A stretch of 64,000 bases of DNA from an uncultured Chloroflexia bacterium (GTDB taxonomy: Bacteria; Chloroflexota; Limnocylindria; Limnocylindrales; CSP1-4). The stretch spans positions 128,001 through 192,000 of the forward strand of contig CAVYBU010000008.1 in the NCBI GenBank assembly GCA_963766735.1, written 5' to 3'. Shown here in pieces: positions 59,037-64,000 of the stretch; position 1 is the stretch's first letter, and each line of letters starts with the position of its first letter. The position numbers and the translations under genes are program-made. Under the pieces are notes generated by a model that had not been told where the DNA came from, did no database searches, and was given only the letters and a program-made list of their open reading frames with translations.

Positions 59037-60929
59037 GTGAGCGTCGTCGTCGGGACCGCCGGGCACATCGACCACGGCAAGACCACGCTGCTGCGCGCCG
59101 TCACGGGCATCGACGCGGACCGGCTGCCCGAGGAGCGCCGGCGCGGCATGACGATCGACGTGGGGTATGCGCACCTCGTCCTGCCCGATGGATCGGTGCT
59201 GGACTTCGTGGACGTACCGGGCCACGACCGCCTGGTCGGCAACATGCTTGTTGGAGCGGGCGAGATCGACGCCGCGCTGGTCGTGGTGGCGGCCGACGAC
59301 GGGCCGAACGCCCAGACGATCGAGCACCTGGAGCTGCTGGACGCGCTCGGGATCCGCGAGGGCGTGGTGGCGGTGACGAAGGCGGACATGGTGGCGCCGG
59401 AGCGGGTGGCGGAGGTGATCGCCGAGGTCGAGGGCCTGGTGGGGAGGACGAGCCTGGCCGGGGTGCCGGTCGTCGCGGTGAGCGCGGTGACCGGCGAGGG
59501 GATCGAGGCGCTGCGGGCCGAGCTGGCGGTGCTGCGGGACCGCGTGGCGGAGGCTCCACCGGCTTCTGCGCCGCACAACCGGCCCCGGCTCGCCATCGAC
59601 CGGGTGTTCGCGGTCCGGGGACGGGGCACGGTCGTGACCGGCAGCCTGCGGGGCGGGCGCGTTGCAGCGGGCGACGTGCTCCGACTGCTGCCCGACGGGC
59701 TCGAGGGGCGGGTCCGGGAGGTCCAGGTCCGGGGCGCGACGGTCGATGCCGCCGATGGAGGACGGACGGCGCTGCTGGTCGGGGGGGTTGAGGCGGCGGT
59801 GCTCCGGCGCGGCCAGGTTCTGGCGACGGACCCCGCCGTGGTGGCGACCTCGCGCGTGCTGGTGGCGATCCGCGCACCGGCCGGGCTGGGCGGGCTCGCC
59901 GGTGCCGCCGCTCCGGCGCCGGGGGATCGTGATCGCCTGCGGCTGCACCTCGGGACCGACCAGGCGGCCGCGCTCGTGGTGCGCGGGCCACGCGAGGCGA
60001 TCGATCTACCGGACGGGTCGCTCCTGGCGATCCTGCGGCTGGATGCACCGATCGCGGCCGCAGCCGGGGACCGGTTCGCGCTGCGGCGGCCGTCGCCAGG
60101 GTCCGCGGCGGGTGGTGGTGTGATCCTGGACCCGGCGCCACCGCGCGGGGTTGCGCGGCGTCGCCTCACCGCGGGGCGCGTGGCGGCGCTGGCCGCTGCC
60201 GTGGGCGATGCGGACGCGCGGCTGGATCTGCACGGGGCGATCCGATCCGGGTCTCGCTGGAGCCTGGCGCCGGACGTGGCCGCGGCGCTGGCGGACCGGG
60301 CGCGGGCGATCGTGGCGGAGCATCACCGGAAGGAGGCGGCCTCGCCGGGGATCTCGAGCGCCGTCCTTCGCCAATCCCTGGCGATCGCGACGCGGAGGCT
60401 GGTCACCGTGGGCCGCGTTGGCGCCGACGAGGTGGCCCGCCAGGTCGTGGAGGACATGCTGATTGCCGGAGCCCTCGCCCGGGACGGAGAGACGATCCGG
60501 GACGCCGCCCGCGCCGCCGGACTGCCGCCCGAAACCCTCGCGGCGATGGACCGCCTGGAGACTGCCCTCTCGGTCGCCGCGCCCCCGTCCCTCGCGGACG
60601 CGTCGCGCGCGGCGGGATGTCCGCCCGATGGCGTGCGTGCGCTGGAAGCCACAGGTCGTATCGTCCGACTCGAGGACGACATGGCCTGGGCCTCGGGTGT
60701 CTACCGGGATCTTGTCAAACGCGCGCTGGCGATGGCCGCGACCGCGCCCCTCACCCCTGCCGCCTTCCGCGACGCCACGGGCTCCAGCCGCAAGTACGTC
60801 ATGGTCATCCTCGAAGACCTTGACCGGCGCGGGCTCCTCCGCCGGACGGACGCCGGGCACGTCCTCGGCCCGAAGGCGATCGCCCGCATGCAGGCCCGGG
60901 CGGCCGCAGCGAGCAGGGAGGGGTCGTGA
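59037..60929 (+). CDS. selB: Selenocysteine-specific translation elongation factor
   Basis: GTAGHIDHGKT, DRLPEE.RRGMTID, DVPGH, TKAD, IDRVF and C-terminal SRKY winged helix. Confidence 0.95.
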   Translation: MSVVVGTAGHIDHGKTTLLRAVTGIDADRLPEERRRGMTIDVGYAHLVLPDGSVLDFVDVPGHDRLVGNMLVGAGEIDAALVVVAADDGPNAQTIEHLELLDALGIREGVVAVTKADMVAPERVAEVIAEVEGLVGRTSLAGVPVVAVSAVTGEGIEALRAELAVLRDRVAEAPPASAPHNRPRLAIDRVFAVRGRGTVVTGSLRGGRVAAGDVLRLLPDGLEGRVREVQVRGATVDAADGGRTALLVGGVEAAVLRRGQVLATDPAVVATSRVLVAIRAPAGLGGLAGAAAPAPGDRDRLRLHLGTDQAAALVVRGPREAIDLPDGSLLAILRLDAPIAAAAGDRFALRRPSPGSAAGGGVILDPAPPRGVARRRLTAGRVAALAAAVGDADARLDLHGAIRSGSRWSLAPDVAAALADRARAIVAEHHRKEAASPGISSAVLRQSLAIATRRLVTVGRVGADEVARQVVEDMLIAGALARDGETIRDAARAAGLPPETLAAMDRLETALSVAAPPSLADASRAAGCPPDGVRALEATGRIVRLEDDMAWASGVYRDLVKRALAMAATAPLTPAAFRDATGSSRKYVMVILEDLDRRGLLRRTDAGHVLGPKAIARMQARAAAASREGS

Positions 60930-61585
60930 GCACGCCCGGCGTCGACGCGATCGTGCTCGCCGGCGGCGCATCGTCCCGGTTCGGCTCGGACAAGCTGGCG
61001 GCATCGCTCGACGGTCGTCCGCTGCTCCACCACGCTCTGGAGGCGGTGGGTGTGGTCGCCGATCGCATCGTCGTCGTCATCGGACCGGAGGCGCCGTCGC
61101 CGTCGGTTCCGCAGGACCTTGCCGCTCGCGTGGTGTTCGCCCGGGACGCCGCCGCCCACGGCGGACCGCTGGCCGGGCTGGCCGCAGGGCTCGCGGCCGC
61201 TGTCACCCCGGCGGCTGATGAGCCTCCGCGCATCGCCCTCGTCGTCGGAGGCGATGCCCGCCTCGCCCTCGTCGTCGGCGGCGACATGCCGGCACTCGTG
61301 CCCGCCGTGCTCCGGCTCCTTGTCGAGAGACTGGCCGCGGAACCCGCCCTCGACGCGATGACCCTCGCCGCACCACGCCCGGCTCCGCTCCCGGCAGCCG
61401 TGCGTCCCGACGCCGTCCTGGTTGCCGTGGACGCCATCCTGGCCTCAGGCGGCCGCCGCAGCCTCCTGGCACCCCTCGGGATCGTCCGCTCGGCCACGCT
61501 GGCCGCCGAGGAGTGGCGGGCGCTCGACCCGGAGGGTGACACCCTCCGCGACATCGATACGCCGGCCGACCTCCCGCAACCCTGA
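60926..61585 (+). CDS. mobA: Molybdenum cofactor guanylyltransferase
   Basis: IVLAGGASSRFGSDK, GPLAGL, GDMP and DIDTPADL; overlaps the selB stop. Confidence 0.85.
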   Translation: MSTPGVDAIVLAGGASSRFGSDKLAASLDGRPLLHHALEAVGVVADRIVVVIGPEAPSPSVPQDLAARVVFARDAAAHGGPLAGLAAGLAAAVTPAADEPPRIALVVGGDARLALVVGGDMPALVPAVLRLLVERLAAEPALDAMTLAAPRPAPLPAAVRPDAVLVAVDAILASGGRRSLLAPLGIVRSATLAAEEWRALDPEGDTLRDIDTPADLPQP

Positions 61586-61726
61586 CGCTGACTCTCACCG
61601 GCTGATCCCGCCGGGCGCCGCGAAGACCTCCGCGTCGCCGCGGATCGCTCTGTTCGGGCCTCAGGGGGAGGGCGTCCGAAGCATGCCGTCGTCCTGCCTC
61701 TGCCCCTGGTGGTCGCGCGGGCCCCC

Positions 61727-63373
61727 CTAGTCCAGGCCCGCTACCTCGTGCACGACGACGCCATCGACGAACGTGGCCAGGACGTGCGTCTCGCCGATCG
61801 GTCCCTCGCCCGGATCGAACAGGTCGCGGTCCAGGATCGCCAGGTCAGCCAGACGGCCGACCGCCAGCACACCGGTCTCGTCAAGGTGGTTGGCATAGGC
61901 GGACCCGGCCGTGGCCGCGGTGAGGATGTCCACGAGCTCGAGGCGCTCGTCTGGCAGGAACGGCTCCCGGGCGCCGCGTGACTCGTCGCTGACCCGGGTG
62001 ACGGCCACCTCCATCTGGAGGAACGGATCCGGCGTTGACACGCTCCAGTCGGAGCCCATCACCAGCGTGGCGCCATTCGCGCGCAGCGAGCGGAAGGGGT
62101 ACTGACGTGCGGAGACCTCGGGACCGAGGAAGGGCAGGGTCAGCTCCTCCATCTGGTCCTCGAGGACGGCCCAGTACGGCTGGGCGTTGGCGAGCGCGCC
62201 GAGCCGCCGGAACCGCGCGTAATCGTCCGGGTGGACGACCTGGATGTGCGCCAGGTGCGGCCGCGTGTCGGACCAGCCGTTTGCGTTGCGTGCCGCCTCC
62301 ACGGCGTCGAGCGCCTGGCGGACCGCGCGGTCGCCAAGGGCGTGGAAGTGGGGCTGGAACCCGAGGGCGTCGATGCGAGTGACGACCTCCTTCAGCACCT
62401 GGGGATCGATGAAGTCGATGCCCCGGTTGTCGGTCGCGTGGCCGTGGCTGTCGAAGTAGGGCTGGGTCATCGAGGCCGTCTGGTTCTCGACGATGCCGTC
62501 CGTCATGAGCTTGACGCTGGTGGCGGCGAAGCGGCCGGCGATGCCGTTCGCCCGGCGCTCGACCATCTCGTCGATCTGCTCGAGGCCGCGCTCGCGCTCC
62601 CACCACTGCGCACCGACGACCCGCGCGGTGAGCTCGCCACTCGCCGCCAGGGCCATGTAGGCCTCCTGGTTGGGCGGGGTGAGCCAGGCGTCCTGCCACG
62701 CGGTGATGCCCAGGGAGTGGAGGTATCGCTGGCTCTCGAGGGTCGCGCGCCTCAGGTCGGCATCGGTGGTCGGCGGAACGTGGCGGTCCACGAGCGTCAT
62801 CGCGCCCTCGTGGAGGGTTCCCATCGGGGTGCCGTCCGGGTCGCGGGCGATGCGGCCGTCATCCGGGTCTGGGGTGCCGTGCCCGATGCCGGCGATCTCC
62901 AGCGCCTTCGAGTTCACCCAGGCATCGTGCCCGTCGCGGTTGACCAGGAACACGGGGCGGTCCGGGACAATCCGGTCGAGGTCCTCGCGGCCGGGCCTGC
63001 CACCGGGGAAATCAGAGAGCGTCCAGCCGCCACCCAGGACCCAGGGCACATCCGGGTTGGCAGTGGCGTAGGCGGCGATGATGCCCAGGTACGCGTCCTT
63101 GCCTCGAGCGTCGTGGAGCTCGCACTGGATTCGCGCGAGCCCGGCCATCGGCGGATGGACGTGCGCATCCTGGAAGCCGGGCGTCACCGTCCGGCCGCGG
63201 AGCTCGACGTGGCGCGTGCCGGGGCCGATGAGGCTCCGCACATCGCGGTCGCCTCCGATGGCTACGATGCGGCCGTCCTTCACGGCCAGCGCCTCCGCCC
63301 ACGTCTTCGCGGCATCGGCGGTGAAGAGGCGACCCCCGGTCAGGACGAGATCGGCGTGCTGGGCGTTCGTCAT
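61727..63373 (-). CDS. YtcJ-like amidohydrolase (amidohydro_3 family)
   Basis: PGFQDAHVH, GHDAWVNSKAL, GTLHE, VKLMTDG, HALGDRA, AHIQ, GSDWSV and GRLADL. Confidence 0.88.
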   Translation of the reverse strand: MTNAQHADLVLTGGRLFTADAAKTWAEALAVKDGRIVAIGGDRDVRSLIGPGTRHVELRGRTVTPGFQDAHVHPPMAGLARIQCELHDARGKDAYLGIIAAYATANPDVPWVLGGGWTLSDFPGGRPGREDLDRIVPDRPVFLVNRDGHDAWVNSKALEIAGIGHGTPDPDDGRIARDPDGTPMGTLHEGAMTLVDRHVPPTTDADLRRATLESQRYLHSLGITAWQDAWLTPPNQEAYMALAASGELTARVVGAQWWERERGLEQIDEMVERRANGIAGRFAATSVKLMTDGIVENQTASMTQPYFDSHGHATDNRGIDFIDPQVLKEVVTRIDALGFQPHFHALGDRAVRQALDAVEAARNANGWSDTRPHLAHIQVVHPDDYARFRRLGALANAQPYWAVLEDQMEELTLPFLGPEVSARQYPFRSLRANGATLVMGSDWSVSTPDPFLQMEVAVTRVSDESRGAREPFLPDERLELVDILTAATAGSAYANHLDETGVLAVGRLADLAILDRDLFDPGEGPIGETHVLATFVDGVVVHEVAGLD

Positions 63374-63473
63374 GGCGCGCAGTCTGTCACCCGGGAGCAG
63401 CGCCGCGGCACGCCTGTTGCGCCCCGCGGCCGTGGATTCCGGTCTCGGGCGGACGGCCGGGTACGCTGCGGCC

Positions 63474-64000
63474 ATGACCACCGTCCACCTTCTCCACGCC
63501 GGCTACGCGGGCGACCGCGTGGGCTCGTCCATCGTCCTCGTCCGCGACGCGGATGCCCTGATCGTCGTGGACCCCGGGATGGTCGCGCGACGATCGCTGA
63601 TCCTGGACCCGCTTGCCGCCTTGGGGGTGGCTCCGGAGGCCGTCACGCACGTGTTCCTCAGCCACCACCACCCGGACCACACGATCAACATCGCCCTCTT
63701 CCAGAACGCAGAGGTCGTGGACTTCTGGGCTCGCTACAGGGACGACCTGTGGCTGGATCACGCTGGCGATGGGTACCACCTCTCGCCGAGGAGCCGGCTC
63801 TGGCTGACGCCCGGGCACACGGAAGAGGACGCAACGCTCGTCGTGGAGGCGGACGATGCCGTCTACGCGATGACGCACCTCTGGTGGCGCGAGGACCGAA
63901 CGCCGGTCGAGGATCCGCTGGGCTGGGACCAGGGCGCGATCGACCAGAATCGGGAGCGCGTGCTTGCGGCGGCAGACATCGTGATCCCGGGCCACGGCCC
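63474..64000 (+). CDS. Metallo-beta-lactamase-fold hydrolase, 3' end runs off the window
   Basis: Manual translation: MTTVHLLHAGY...IVVDPG...FLSHHHPDH...TPGHT...IPGHG; leaderless TACGCT-N6-ATG. Confidence 0.85.
   Translation, partial: MTTVHLLHAGYAGDRVGSSIVLVRDADALIVVDPGMVARRSLILDPLAALGVAPEAVTHVFLSHHHPDHTINIALFQNAEVVDFWARYRDDLWLDHAGDGYHLSPRSRLWLTPGHTEEDATLVVEADDAVYAMTHLWWREDRTPVEDPLGWDQGAIDQNRERVLAAADIVIPGHG

Overview
High-GC (roughly 70% by eye) bacterial DNA, probably from a monoderm lineage. Chloroflexota (Limnocylindria-like) or Actinomycetota is my inference from System II cytochrome c maturation, Pro/Ser/Ala-rich lipoprotein linkers and leaderless promoters. The main feature is a co-oriented minus-strand cluster of about 20 kb (13.4-33.6 kb) that looks like a complete extracellular electron transfer (EET) system. 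It encodes an OmcS/CwcA-type hexaheme cytochrome (candidate nanowire subunit) with NHL-propeller and TPR neighbours, a stalked octaheme cytochrome, an ImcH-like NapC/NirT decaheme, a Rieske/cytochrome b complex with a decaheme partner, a CcdA-ResB-ResC-ResA maturation set and a NarX/NarL-type two-component system. It contains 34 heme-binding motifs and no porin. The cluster lies inside a formate/C1 region: a split selenocysteine formate dehydrogenase (in-frame TGA plus SECIS hairpin) whose NuoF-like subunit has altered nucleotide-binding residues, fdhD, mobA, selA/B/C/D, a formamidase operon, four non-pyrrolysine MttB-family methyltransferases, two polyamine-type ABC transporters, a DAO-family oxidoreductase and a YtcJ-like amidohydrolase. 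Seven apparent +1 frameshifts in six genes are most likely assembly errors. All family calls come from motif recognition by eye; no database searches were run.
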